Made by a program: the position numbers and the translations under genes. From Candidatus Bathyarchaeota archaeon (GTDB lineage: Archaea > Thermoproteota > Bathyarchaeia > 40CM-2-53-6), in the NCBI GenBank assembly GCA_005882895.1, contig VBBD01000018.1, positions 1 through 63,781 of the forward strand: 63,781 bases of DNA. Reading direction: 5' to 3'. Shown in pieces: positions 28,745 to 37,173 of this stretch; the stretch's first letter is position 1; each line of letters opens with the position of its first letter. The notes beneath the pieces were generated by a model. The model was not told the origin of the DNA. It worked only from the letters and a program-made list of their open reading frames with translations, and did not search any database.

Positions 28745-29340
28745 GCTTTCGCCTCAATCGGAGCAGACTGAATCTGTTGTCTGACTTGTTCGAAATGGTT
28801 GGAGAGTTCTTCAGGTTTCAAACCGCGTTTCAAATAACCGCTGAACGTTTTCCGGTACAAGTCTGTTTCACCTGAAAGCTTCTTCGCATACTCGGAAATG
28901 TGGGCTCCACCAATCCGTTCCTTAGCAGGAAGTGGACCGTCGGAGTGTGGAACCTGGAGCCCGGCATCGGAGAGTCCCTTCAAGACGGCAAACAGCTTGG
29001 AACCCTTAGTTGAAGACTTCAAGCCAATGTCAAGCACGGCCTCCTTGACTCCTTTCGCCAAGGCGCGACGCGCGGCTAGCGCCCCGGTTAGGTATGCGGA
29101 CGGAATATTTCCTGTCGCTCCCTTCCATCCCATTTTGGCGAGCTCCTTAGAGGATGCTGCGGCTCGCACGATGTCGCCACGAAGCTCGGCGTCTGTGATC
29201 TGGACGTAAACATACTTGTTGGTTACCCGAACAACGGCTCTCGGTTTTCCCGAGCGGACAAGGGCTCGACGGAGCTTGTAGTCTGTCCTACCCTCTCTTC
29301 TGCGCCTGAACGGAACTGAGTATCGAGGGCCATCAGCCAT
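28741..29340 (-). CDS. rpl18: Ribosomal protein uL18
   Basis: Contains MADGPRYSVPFRRRREGRTDYKLRRALV. Its position between L19e and S5 is as expected. Confidence 0.95.
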   Translation of the reverse strand: MADGPRYSVPFRRRREGRTDYKLRRALVRSGKPRAVVRVTNKYVYVQITDAELRGDIVRAAASSKELAKMGWKGATGNIPSAYLTGALAARRALAKGVKEAVLDIGLKSSTKGSKLFAVLKGLSDAGLQVPHSDGPLPAKERIGGAHISEYAKKLSGETDLYRKTFSGYLKRGLKPEELSNHFEQVRQQIQSAPIEAKA

Positions 29341-29343
29341 CGT

Positions 29344-29772
29344 CTAACGCTTCCTCTGCAGCTGGTGGGCCTTTACATACTCATCGACGTGTGATCGGCT
29401 TCGGAACGCCCCTCCTTTCGACATGCCCAAGAGAAGCTTGTAGCTGGCCGGTGCCAATTGTCTCTTGTCTCTCAAGAATCGAAGGTGTCGTCGGATCGCT
29501 CTGATCTTCAGGACCCAGGCGTCCTTGCCCTGCTTCTGTCCGCCTTTTCGGCTTCCAGCTTTCTTTCGTCGGCCTGATTTCATTCGGTGGCGGCCTCTGC
29601 TGACTCCTTTCTTCTGAAGCAGTCGAATCCTGCCGCTATCGATTAGCGACTTGACTTCCTGGCGTGTAATTGCGGACTCGACTCTGGTTGTTTCTTCTGG
29701 GTCTATCCAGATTCTGCTCTTGCCGGAGCCGAGAAGGCTGGCTGCGAGCCGTTTCTGGTTTTTCAGGCTCAC
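29344..29772 (-). CDS. rpl19e: Ribosomal protein eL19
   Basis: Contains MSLKNQKRLAASLLGSGKSRIWIDPEE. Confidence 0.95.
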   Translation of the reverse strand: MSLKNQKRLAASLLGSGKSRIWIDPEETTRVESAITRQEVKSLIDSGRIRLLQKKGVSRGRHRMKSGRRKKAGSRKGGQKQGKDAWVLKIRAIRRHLRFLRDKRQLAPASYKLLLGMSKGGAFRSRSHVDEYVKAHQLQRKR

Positions 29773-29777
29773 TTGTC

Positions 29778-30290
29778 TTATTCCTCCTCGTTAGCTTCGT
29801 CCTTCGGTGACTCCTTCATTGTCCCTGGCTGTGGGTCTTCCTCTGCTGCTTCCTCCGTCTCGCTTGGGGTAGGTGGGATTTGCGTTTGTTCGGAGCTTGG
29901 AGCCTCTTCTGTAATTGGCTCTTCGGTTGTGACTGGTTTCTCTTCTTGCTTGCCTGGGTTGGCGATGTGGAAGTTTCGGTGGCGTATCTCTTCGAGGAGG
30001 GGTAGTCTCTTTCGTTCTCCGACTCGGGCGGAGATTCTGATGATGTGGATCTTGGGGTCGAGTCCTTCGAGCTCTGACAGTCTGTGGATGAGACGTTCTT
30101 GTAGTCCTCGCGGATGGAGACCTCTCGTTGCCGCTGCCGTCCCGTATCCGACCTTGACTTTGGGGGGCCAGCCTGCTTCTTCCTTCCTGATCTTGCTGGT
30201 GACTCCGCGGGCTCGCCTCCATGCTGGCTTTACGCGCTTGTACCGCCAGCTTTCTTGCCGGTTGAACGCGTGCTTGCTCATATTCGCCAT
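29778..30290 (-). CDS. rpl32e: Ribosomal protein eL32 with a ~60 aa acidic/Pro-rich C-terminal extension
   Basis: Contains FNRQESWRYKRVKPAWRRARG...RGLHPRG, then a tail reading NPGKQEEKPVTTEEPITEE...DEANEEE. Confidence 0.9.
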   Translation of the reverse strand: MANMSKHAFNRQESWRYKRVKPAWRRARGVTSKIRKEEAGWPPKVKVGYGTAAATRGLHPRGLQERLIHRLSELEGLDPKIHIIRISARVGERKRLPLLEEIRHRNFHIANPGKQEEKPVTTEEPITEEAPSSEQTQIPPTPSETEEAAEEDPQPGTMKESPKDEANEEE

Positions 30291-30291
30291 T

Positions 30292-30879
30292 TTACTTCAC
30301 TTTCCCTGGTCCAACGGGCGTCTCGAGACTGGTCTTCGTGTCTATGTAGATGCCGTCTAGGAAGACTCGGAGGTCTTTCTTCTTGATCTTCGTCGAGTTC
30401 TGGATGTTGGCTGCGGTCTGGCTTACGGCCTTAATGTCGATTCCCTCAACGGTGATGTCGTCTCCTTTGACAGCGACTTTTACGCCGTCAAGTATCTGGG
30501 CGGATCTGGGTGTCTTTTCCCCGGTAAAGTTCTCAACTTTGAGTACTTTGGCTTTTTCGTCAACCTTCACGGTGACTGGGAAGTGGGCGTATACGGTTCT
30601 GAGATTGTACCTGTAGCCCTTGGTTACGCCTCTGATCATGTTTCGGATATGGGCTGCCGCTGTTCCCAGCATTCCTATCTCTCGCTTGCGGGGCCAGGTG
30701 ACTGTAACCTGCACTTCTCGACCGCTTTGGGTGATAGTTACCGGTAGGTGGGATAGATCTTCTTTCAGCGTTCCCCGGGGGCCTTTGACCTTCACGGTCT
30801 TCGCGTCAACTTCCACTGTGACGTCGTCGGGAACTTGAATCGTGCGTTGAAGACTTTCGAAGCGCGCCATATTATTCAC
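30292..30879 (-). CDS. rpl6: Ribosomal protein uL6
   Basis: Contains IQVPDDVTVEVDAKTVKVKGPRGTL...YAHFPV. Gene order supports the call. Confidence 0.95.
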   Translation of the reverse strand: MNNMARFESLQRTIQVPDDVTVEVDAKTVKVKGPRGTLKEDLSHLPVTITQSGREVQVTVTWPRKREIGMLGTAAAHIRNMIRGVTKGYRYNLRTVYAHFPVTVKVDEKAKVLKVENFTGEKTPRSAQILDGVKVAVKGDDITVEGIDIKAVSQTAANIQNSTKIKKKDLRVFLDGIYIDTKTSLETPVGPGKVK

Positions 30880-31263
30880 CTAGTAAACGTAGCCCAGGAG
30901 TAGGCCGCCGGATGCCATCTCTCTTGCTTCCTTGTGTGCGACGACGCCCTTCGGTGTTGTTACGATTAGGATTCCGACGTCTCTGGAGGGCAGGTATCGT
31001 TTGCCCCACTTCTCGTATTCTATTACGGTGGAAGAGAATCTGGGACGGACGCTGCCGCAGTTGTTGACCCTGCCTAGGAGTTGGATCTTGAACTTTCCAC
31101 CTCGACCGTCGTCTACGAACTCGAACTCGCCAACGTATCCGTATTTTTGCATCACCCGCAATACTTGTCCCATTAGCTTCGAGGCGGGGTAGACGATGCA
31201 GTCGTGTTTGTGCCTCCGCTCGTTGTTGAGTATGGCTGAGAACATGTTTGAGATTGGTTCCAT
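30880..31263 (-). CDS. rps8: Ribosomal protein uS8
   Basis: Contains MEPISNMFSAILNNERRHKHDC...GGLLLGYVY. Confidence 0.95.
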   Translation of the reverse strand: MEPISNMFSAILNNERRHKHDCIVYPASKLMGQVLRVMQKYGYVGEFEFVDDGRGGKFKIQLLGRVNNCGSVRPRFSSTVIEYEKWGKRYLPSRDVGILIVTTPKGVVAHKEAREMASGGLLLGYVY

Positions 31264-31270
31264 CGTGTGA

Positions 31271-31435
31271 TCACATGTATTTCTTGAATCCGAGGCCGAC
31301 TGCGACTTCTCTAAAGCACTGTCTGCAGAAGTTCAGCCCGTACTTTCTGACTATCGGCCCGTATTGGCCGCAGCGTTTGCATGGTCTGGCCCCTTTTCCG
31401 TATTTCCGGACTTTTCTCGGTTTTATCTTGGCCAT
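31271..31435 (-). CDS. rps14: Ribosomal protein uS14 (zinc-binding short form, 54 aa), absent from the ORF track
   Basis: My manual translation reads [54 protein letters not shown]. It has CxxC...CxxC and lies in the expected slot between L5 and S8. Confidence 0.9.
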   Translation of the reverse strand: MAKIKPRKVRKYGKGARPCKRCGQYGPIVRKYGLNFCRQCFREVAVGLGFKKYM

Positions 31436-31443
31436 CTTGATTG

Positions 31444-31989
31444 TCAGCTTCCTATTTGTGTTCTGAAGTTGTCCTGGATGAACTGGATAGCCTCCTTCTT
31501 CGAGACGTAATGATGTTTCCCGATCTTTGCCGGACGGATTGAACGACGTCTCAACCGGTACCCTGGCCGCTCTAGGGTGACGTGGACGGTGGCGCCGAAG
31601 ATGCCTAGCTCAGGTACGTACCTTGTACCGGGTATTTCGATGTGTTCTTTGATTCCAAACGAGAAATTGCCATAGTCGTCGAAGCAGGAGTCGTTGACCT
31701 TGTTCGAGACTGCATCGAGAGCCCGAGTAAGGAACTGGCCCGCGTCATCGCGCCGCAACGTTACGACAGTGGCTATGGGTTCGCCTTTGCGGATTCCCCA
31801 GTCCTTGATCGCTTTCTTCGCAAGTTTGGTGGTTGGGGTCTTGTTGGTGAGCTGGTTGAGCACTTTCTTCGCCTTCTCCAATGGCTCGCCTGATTTCCCG
31901 GTGGCAATGTTGATCGTGACTTTTTCGATTCTTATGTTCAGGAGCGGATTCGTTTTGGTTGCAGTCTCAGTTGTTTGCATTGCAATCAC
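31444..31989 (-). CDS. rpl5: Ribosomal protein uL5
   Basis: Contains [18 protein letters not shown]...[13 protein letters not shown]. Confidence 0.95.
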   Translation of the reverse strand: MIAMQTTETATKTNPLLNIRIEKVTINIATGKSGEPLEKAKKVLNQLTNKTPTTKLAKKAIKDWGIRKGEPIATVVTLRRDDAGQFLTRALDAVSNKVNDSCFDDYGNFSFGIKEHIEIPGTRYVPELGIFGATVHVTLERPGYRLRRRSIRPAKIGKHHYVSKKEAIQFIQDNFRTQIGS

Positions 31990-32729
31990 TTCTCCAGTGT
32001 GACGAGTGGTGCATCTGTTCCGACGGGTATTACGTATTCGGCGGGGGTTTCGAAGCCTTCTGCTCCGGTTTCTATTCTCACGATTTTCCGTCGCGCGTAG
32101 GTCCCTGGGCTGATGGAGGTGATCTTTCCGTAGTATCCTTGGTTTCTTCCGTCGATGACGAGTCCGAGGGCTCCGACTTGGAATGGAACATACTTGACTA
32201 TTTTCTGCGCTGGGAAGCTCAGCTGTACGGCGCCTCCGACAGCGAGTTCCTCAGCGCCGGGTCTCGTGTCTTTTGCTGTGGCGAGCAGGTTTCTTCCATC
32301 GTGGAGGCTGTACTGTAATTTTCCGCCTGGCACGTTCTGTTTTCCTACGATCTTGCATATCTTGTAAGCGGCCTCCTTATCCTGGGCTGGGGAGAGGATG
32401 AGTCCTCTGTTCGGCTTCGGTAGTGCCCTGTATGCTTGCGGTACGCCTTCGATCTGGACGATGTCCATCAGCCCGACTGGGAAGCGGCGGTCGCGTCGGA
32501 CGACGCCGTCAACTTTGACTTTGCCCTCGCTTATGATCTTGATCGCCTCTTTGGCGATGTTCGCGAGCCCGAGGGATTCGCGGACGATTATCATGAGTGG
32601 TAGGCTTTTTTCGCGTGCGTGGGGTCCGGGTCTTGTTCGGGGTGCCCAGGTGTATTCTTTCCGGTGGATTGGCCAGAAGCCTGGTGAGGGTTCTCGTTTG
32701 AGCTGTCTGGGGCCGAACTTTCTAGCCAT
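31986..32729 (-). CDS. rps4e: Ribosomal protein eS4
   Basis: Contains MARKFGPRQLKREPSPGFWPIHRKEYTW. It overlaps rpl5 by 4 nt. Confidence 0.95.
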   Translation of the reverse strand: MARKFGPRQLKREPSPGFWPIHRKEYTWAPRTRPGPHAREKSLPLMIIVRESLGLANIAKEAIKIISEGKVKVDGVVRRDRRFPVGLMDIVQIEGVPQAYRALPKPNRGLILSPAQDKEAAYKICKIVGKQNVPGGKLQYSLHDGRNLLATAKDTRPGAEELAVGGAVQLSFPAQKIVKYVPFQVGALGLVIDGRNQGYYGKITSISPGTYARRKIVRIETGAEGFETPAEYVIPVGTDAPLVTLEK

Positions 32730-32732
32730 GTC

Positions 32733-33104
32733 TTATTCCTCTCGGGTTTTTCCTCTCTCGGCTAACAATCCGCTGCGCCATTTGTCTGAGAGGTTGAGGT
32801 TGGTTATGCGGACCTTGGTAACGTGGATGGGCAGCTGGGAGGAGAGGCCGGCGGATTTCTCTCGGGCCATTCCCTCGACGAAGATTCTGCCGTTGGAATA
32901 GTCTACGCGCTGGACTTTTCCTTCTAGGCCTGCGAAGTCTCCTCTCATGACGCGGACGCTGTCTCCGGTTCTTACGGGTAGCCGTCGGACTTTGTGGTTT
33001 TTGGTGAGATCGTCGGATAGCCGGGCGGCGAGCATTCGGCGTCGGCGGTGTTGTGGAGCGTTGAAGAACTTCTTCCTTTGCTTCGACGGCTTTGAGCTAG
33101 CCAT
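32733..33104 (-). CDS. rpl24: Ribosomal protein uL24
   Basis: Contains SKQRKKFFNAPQHRRRRMLAARLS...GDSVRVMRGDFAGLEGKV (KOW motif). Confidence 0.95.
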   Translation of the reverse strand: MASSKPSKQRKKFFNAPQHRRRRMLAARLSDDLTKNHKVRRLPVRTGDSVRVMRGDFAGLEGKVQRVDYSNGRIFVEGMAREKSAGLSSQLPIHVTKVRITNLNLSDKWRSGLLAERGKTREE

Positions 33105-33105
33105 T

Positions 33106-33543
33106 CTAGATTACCGTGCTCGCTAGGTTCGCGACTCTCGGCCAACGCTCAGCAGCCTCCTTTGCCACCGGTCCGCGGATCTCGGTGCCTTTGAGCTCAC
33201 CCTCAGGAGTCATTATAACCGCAGCGTTATCCTCAAAGCTCAGACGGGTGCCATCGGGTCGCCGGATAGCTCTTGCCTGTCGTACGACGACGGCTGGAAA
33301 GACTTGTTTTCTGAGGCTGGGTGAGCCTTTCATGACCGTAATCATTACCATGTCTCCAACGCACGCTGCTGGAACACGTCGCAGTCGCCCATGGTAGCCG
33401 CGGACGTTGATGAGCTTCAGTTCCTTAGCGCCGGTGTTGTCAGCGCAGGTCATTCGGGATCCGACCGGTAGGCCCCGTGCGACTTTGGGCCGGTATTCTA
33501 TCATTCCCCGGGCGCTGACTGCTCGGGTCTTCGGCGCGGGCAT
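33106..33543 (-). CDS. rpl14: Ribosomal protein uL14
   Basis: Contains [24 protein letters not shown]...GPVAKE. The exact start is uncertain. Confidence 0.95.
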   Translation of the reverse strand: MPAPKTRAVSARGMIEYRPKVARGLPVGSRMTCADNTGAKELKLINVRGYHGRLRRVPAACVGDMVMITVMKGSPSLRKQVFPAVVVRQARAIRRPDGTRLSFEDNAAVIMTPEGELKGTEIRGPVAKEAAERWPRVANLASTVI

Positions 33544-33878
33544 TAGGCTGCGCCTCCGGTCTTTTCAACGACGACGAAGGTGACTTCTTTGCTTAGGGGT
33601 CTGCATTCTGCGATTGTGACTTTGTCGCCTTCGGTCGCGGATATGCATGGCGGGTTGTGGGCGAGGGTCTTGCTTCTTCGCCTCTCGTACCTGCTGTACT
33701 TTGTGTAGTAGTGTAGGTATGCTCGTTCGACCGAGACTGTCTTGGGGGATCGCGAGCCTGCGACTGTTCCTTCGAAGACTCTTCCTCTGACGGAGAGGTG
33801 TCCGTGGAATGGGCACAGTGGATCGTTGCAGCCTGTTTTCGGGGCTTTGACGTTGAGGCCCGTGTTGCGGACTACCAT
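33543..33878 (-). CDS. rps17: Ribosomal protein uS17
   Basis: Contains [23 protein letters not shown]...[14 protein letters not shown]. Confidence 0.95.
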   Translation of the reverse strand: MVVRNTGLNVKAPKTGCNDPLCPFHGHLSVRGRVFEGTVAGSRSPKTVSVERAYLHYYTKYSRYERRRSKTLAHNPPCISATEGDKVTIAECRPLSKEVTFVVVEKTGGAA

Positions 33879-34147
33879 TTCCGCAGCCCCTTCTTCACTC
33901 TGTCCTCGGGCCGGAACCGCAAGAGAGAGCCGTCGACCTCAACCTTCTCGCTCGGGAGTTCCGCTCGGAAGATTGTTTTTTGCTTCTGGACCTGTAACAG
34001 TTTTCCTTTGGCTTCTATCGTGAACGTGTTCATTGTCTCGTCCCGGACTGTGCCTTCTAGTCCTTGGATGGTTGGGTCTGTGGATTTTGTGATCTTGACT
34101 TTGAGTCCGATCCATTCGTGAGCGGTAATATTCTGCGATGTGATCAT
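33872..34147 (-). CDS. rnp1: RNase P protein component 1 (Rpp29/Pop4 family)
   Basis: Contains EWIGLKVKITKSTDPTIQGLEGTVRDETMNTFTI. It sits in the conserved archaeal position between L29 and S17. Confidence 0.85.
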   Translation of the reverse strand: MITSQNITAHEWIGLKVKITKSTDPTIQGLEGTVRDETMNTFTIEAKGKLLQVQKQKTIFRAELPSEKVEVDGSLLRFRPEDRVKKGLRKW

Positions 34148-34150
34148 GGT

Positions 34151-34399
34151 CTACGCGGCCTCTGGTGATGGTTTCGTGGGCGAGTTCTGGGCTGTCAGCA
34201 AGCGGGCGATTGTCTTGCGGAGCTCGCGTATTCGCGCTGGATTGTCCACTGTTCCGCCTGACTTTACTGACGTTCGAATGGTGGTGAGTTCGGCTCGCAG
34301 TTCTATTACCTTCTTCCGCCGCTCTTCCGGGAGCATTTGGTTGAGTTCACGCTTTCTGAGAATCGGCAGTTTTTTCTTCCTCCTTGTTTTCGACAACAA
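34151..34399 (-). CDS. rpl29: Ribosomal protein uL29
   Basis: Contains LPILRKRELNQMLPEERRKKVIELRAELTTIR. The TTG at 34399 gives a 10-aa N-terminal extension that overlaps rps3. The homologous N-terminus starts at an in-frame CTG (34367..34369). Confidence 0.85.
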   Translation of the reverse strand: MLSKTRRKKKLPILRKRELNQMLPEERRKKVIELRAELTTIRTSVKSGGTVDNPARIRELRKTIARLLTAQNSPTKPSPEAA

Positions 34400-35096
34400 C
34401 CGCGACTTCGGCCGGGGTGTCTATCTCGACCGCCACCTCTGGAGCGGCGATTGGTTCCGCTTCCTTCGCTGGTGTGACTGGTTGTGGTGTTGTTTGTGCG
34501 GGGGGCGTTAGCATGATCGGCTTGTCAATGTAGTCGATCTGCGGCGGTAGGATGCGAACGTTGATTCCGAAAAGGCCCTGCTTCAACTGGACATCGGCGA
34601 CCGCTGTCTTTACGCTCTTCAGCACCGGGTCTCCTACTCTGGGCAGGTAGCCGGCCTTGAACTTTTCAAAACGTGATCGTTCTGTTGTGAGTTTTCCTCG
34701 GATTGTGATCTCGACGCCGAGGGCTTGTGATTCCATTACTCTCTGGATGGCCCAGTATGCTGCGCGGCGGAAGTGGACACCTCGCTGGAGAGCGGAGGCG
34801 ACCTGGGACGCAACGACTTTGGGGTCTTGCTCCGGTACCTCAATGTTCGCAACGGAGAGTTGCGGGTTCTCGATATGGAATTTATCCTCAAGGACCTTTG
34901 TTAGATCTCGAATACTCTGGCCTCTTCGGCCAATAACCATTCCGGGTTTCGCAGCGTAGATCACAACTCTCGTGCCAACGGGGCTCTTTGTCAACTCGAC
35001 GTGGCTGTACCCGGCGCGTTTCAGCTCTAGAGCGAGGTGCTCGTCGATTTCGAGACGTCGAGAAACATCTTTGACAAAATACTTGGTAACCGACAA
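34347..35096 (-). CDS. rps3: Ribosomal protein uS3 (KH domain) with a Pro/Glu-rich tail
   Basis: Contains ELKRAGYSHVELTKSPVGTRVVIYAAKPGMVIGRRGQSIRDL. Confidence 0.95.
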   Translation of the reverse strand: MSVTKYFVKDVSRRLEIDEHLALELKRAGYSHVELTKSPVGTRVVIYAAKPGMVIGRRGQSIRDLTKVLEDKFHIENPQLSVANIEVPEQDPKVVASQVASALQRGVHFRRAAYWAIQRVMESQALGVEITIRGKLTTERSRFEKFKAGYLPRVGDPVLKSVKTAVADVQLKQGLFGINVRILPPQIDYIDKPIMLTPPAQTTPQPVTPAKEAEPIAAPEVAVEIDTPAEVAVVVENKEEEKTADSQKA

Positions 35097-35099
35097 GAA

Positions 35100-35567
35100 T
35101 TATTCCAGCTCGTAGCCGACAAGTTCGATATGCGTCATCGTTCCCTGCAAAAGATCAGATCGACCGAAGGCTCGCGGGTTTCTCCTAGGAACCTTAGTCC
35201 CGCGCTGCGCGGCAGCATGAATTATCTTCAACCGTTCCGTGTCGAGATTCCGATACTCAGCGTTCGCCTCCAACTCCTCTAAGAGCTTGAAGAGTCTGCC
35301 GGCGGCTTTTTGCGGAAAACGGCCGGCATAGAAATGCTCGTTCAGCTGTCGCCGATGCGGGACTTCCTTGTGAAACCGACGGTAGGCAACTGCTTGTTTC
35401 AGCTCGATGACGCGTTCGAGAAGCCGTTTTGCGTCGGACAGCTTCATTCCCCTGATTGTTCGACAGAGCTCTACGGATGCTTTCGGGGATATGCGAAGTT
35501 GGCGGCCAGAACACTTCACAGTACGGTCTGGGTCCAAGCCCGTAACTGAGTATCCGCGTTCTGGCAT
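35100..35567 (-). CDS. rpl22: Ribosomal protein uL22
   Basis: Contains VKCSGRQLRISPKASVELCRTIRGMKLSDAKRLLE. It is the first gene of the cluster in this window. Confidence 0.95.
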   Translation of the reverse strand: MPERGYSVTGLDPDRTVKCSGRQLRISPKASVELCRTIRGMKLSDAKRLLERVIELKQAVAYRRFHKEVPHRRQLNEHFYAGRFPQKAAGRLFKLLEELEANAEYRNLDTERLKIIHAAAQRGTKVPRRNPRAFGRSDLLQGTMTHIELVGYELE

Positions 35568-35966
35568 TCCTCTTTCACCGGAAGCTTCGAGGAGCCCCAG
35601 GCCTCAAGCTAAAAACCCTTTGGGGAAGCGAGAGGGGAAGACCTGTTTCCAAGTAGACGAAGAGTCCATGAAATCCTCAAAGTCACTATTTCCAGATTGT
35701 CAGGGTTGAAAGACCGCGAACGTTTCCGGGCTTGGCTACTCAGTGGTTTCGGAAACTCCGAACTCACTCGCCTGTAACGCAAAGCCGTTGCGCAAGACCC
35801 CTTGTGTCTAGACGCACCTCATGTCTGGCACTGATTCTGAACGAGTCTTAGGTGTCGGGGCACGGTTTCGGCTTTGTGCCGGTCGAGCACTGTCCCGTTT
35901 TTCGGCGTGCATCATCCCCTGAATGTTCTAGTGACCTTTCAGATTCAAGATCAGAAGAGAGAAGGT

Positions 35967-35991
35967 AAATCGCCTATTGTCAGCCCTGATC
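35967..35991 (+). repeat. Direct repeat copy A (AAATCGCCTATTGTCAGCCCTGATC) in a long non-coding spacer
   Basis: Matches 36201..36224 at about 22 of 24 positions, by direct visual alignment. Confidence 0.5.
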
Positions 35992-36200
35992 GCGATTCTG
36001 GGAGGGCTCCTCAAGATCACCCCTAGATTCGTTGGGCTAATCGCGTTTTCGCCGAGCCAGCTAAGCCCAGATTGCGCCTTGAACAGCCTACCTCGCCCAT
36101 TATCAATACCTGACAGCGAACCTTCTAGAAAATAGGGGGGTCTTAGCGACCGACCCTCGCGTCGCGTGAGTGAGTGAGGGGAAACTCTGTTCATGGTTCG

Positions 36201-36224
36201 AAATCGCCCGTTGTCAGCCCGATC
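36201..36224 (+). repeat. Direct repeat copy B (AAATCGCCCGTTGTCAGCCCGATC)
   Basis: See copy A. The two copies are about 235 bp apart in the same orientation. Confidence 0.5.
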
Positions 36225-36297
36225 AGCACGAGCGAACATTTGCCTGCAGATTCTCGAGATCTTCCGAGGCGAAAGTTCGTTCGAAACGACCGATGGT

Positions 36298-36325
36298 GTA
36301 ACCTGTGGATCGGCCACAGGGTTAC
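36298..36325 (+). promoter_or_regulatory. Strong hairpin about 45 nt upstream of the KaiC-like gene start
   Basis: GUAACCUGUGG-AUCGG-CCACAGGGUUAC forms 7 bp, one bulged G, then 4 bp. Confidence 0.3.
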
Positions 36326-36369
36326 TGTAGGCTTATGCAAGCTTCCGTCCGCCCTAGCCTCGGTCCATT

Positions 36370-37173
36370 ATGGAAACCGCGATCGAAAGGGTCCATACTG
36401 GGATCCCAGGGCTGGACCACGTTCTCGAAGGCGGCTTCCCCAAAGGCGCCCGAGTCCTCCTAGCAGGAGGAGCCGGCTGCGGGAAGACAATATGCTGCGG
36501 ACAATACCTCTACAAAGGAGCCACAAAGTTCGGCGAACCAGGAGTCTACGTCAGCACCGAAGAACCACCCTCCGAGTTCAAAGCGAACATGCTACGATTC
36601 GGCTGGGACTTCAAGAAACTAGAAAACGAGAAAAAAATCGGCATGGTCGACGCCGTCTACCAACGCGTCGAATCAGAAGTCACAGAACAAGAAAGCCTGC
36701 AATCGATTCTCTACAACCTACGATCAAAACTATCAGAAGTCAAAATACTAGTCGAACAACTAGGAGCAACAAGACTCGTCGTTGACTCTCTGCCAGGATT
36801 CGGCTTCCGAGTAACCGACCTGAACACTCTACGAGAGATATTCCTCGAGGTCGGACTTCTCTTGAAAGACGTAGGTTGTACCACAATAATGACCACTGAA
36901 ATCGTTGAGGGCTCAGGATTGATCAGCCGATACGGCATCGAAGAATTCCTGGCAACAGGAGTCATGGTCTTGTCGCTCGTCCGCCAGAGCTCGCCGATAA
37001 GGAAGCTATTCGTCCGGAAGATGCGTGGGACAAGCCACAGCCTAAACGACTACGCCTTCGCCATCGGACCGGACGGCATCGTCATCAAGGGTCCCGTGGG
37101 CGTTCGAAGTGTCAGCCACGGCCGCAGGCGCCTCCACAGCAACAACGGGAGAAAGCGCCGAAGCCGCCGGTAA
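36370..37173 (+). CDS. KaiC-like RecA-superfamily ATPase (single KaiC domain, catalytic motifs intact)
   Basis: Has GIPGLDHVLEGGFPKG, Walker A GGAGCGKT, VYVSTEE (catalytic Glu pair) and Walker B TRLVVDSL. The last ~25 aa are an Arg-rich tail that may be a frame artefact. Confidence 0.85.
   Translation: METAIERVHTGIPGLDHVLEGGFPKGARVLLAGGAGCGKTICCGQYLYKGATKFGEPGVYVSTEEPPSEFKANMLRFGWDFKKLENEKKIGMVDAVYQRVESEVTEQESLQSILYNLRSKLSEVKILVEQLGATRLVVDSLPGFGFRVTDLNTLREIFLEVGLLLKDVGCTTIMTTEIVEGSGLISRYGIEEFLATGVMVLSLVRQSSPIRKLFVRKMRGTSHSLNDYAFAIGPDGIVIKGPVGVRSVSHGRRRLHSNNGRKRRSRR

Noticed and set aside
29773-30360. A 195-aa plus-strand ORF, and other long antisense ORFs across the r-protein operon (e.g. 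32398..32901, 34140..34511).
   Set aside because: They lie antisense to strongly conserved ribosomal protein genes. They have Ser/Arg/Leu-rich composition and no recognisable motifs.
35568-36369. I looked for RNase P RNA or SRP (7S) RNA in the 800-bp spacer, given that Rpp29 is encoded nearby.
   Set aside because: I could not find the universal GAGGAAAGUCC / ACAGAA..GGCUUA P4 strands at appropriate spacing. I also could not find the SRP helix-8 GGAA/AGCA motifs on either strand. Only loose resemblances were present (GAGGCGAAAGUUCG, GGCUUAU, 60 nt apart). An Infernal scan is still needed.
35928-36785. ORFs 35928..36317 (minus, 129 aa) and 36174..36785 (plus, 203 aa) in or next to the long spacer.
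   Set aside because: Both are extremely Arg/Ser-rich and low in complexity, and they overlap each other. The plus-strand ORF also overlaps the well-supported KaiC-like gene in another frame. I treated them as non-coding shadows.
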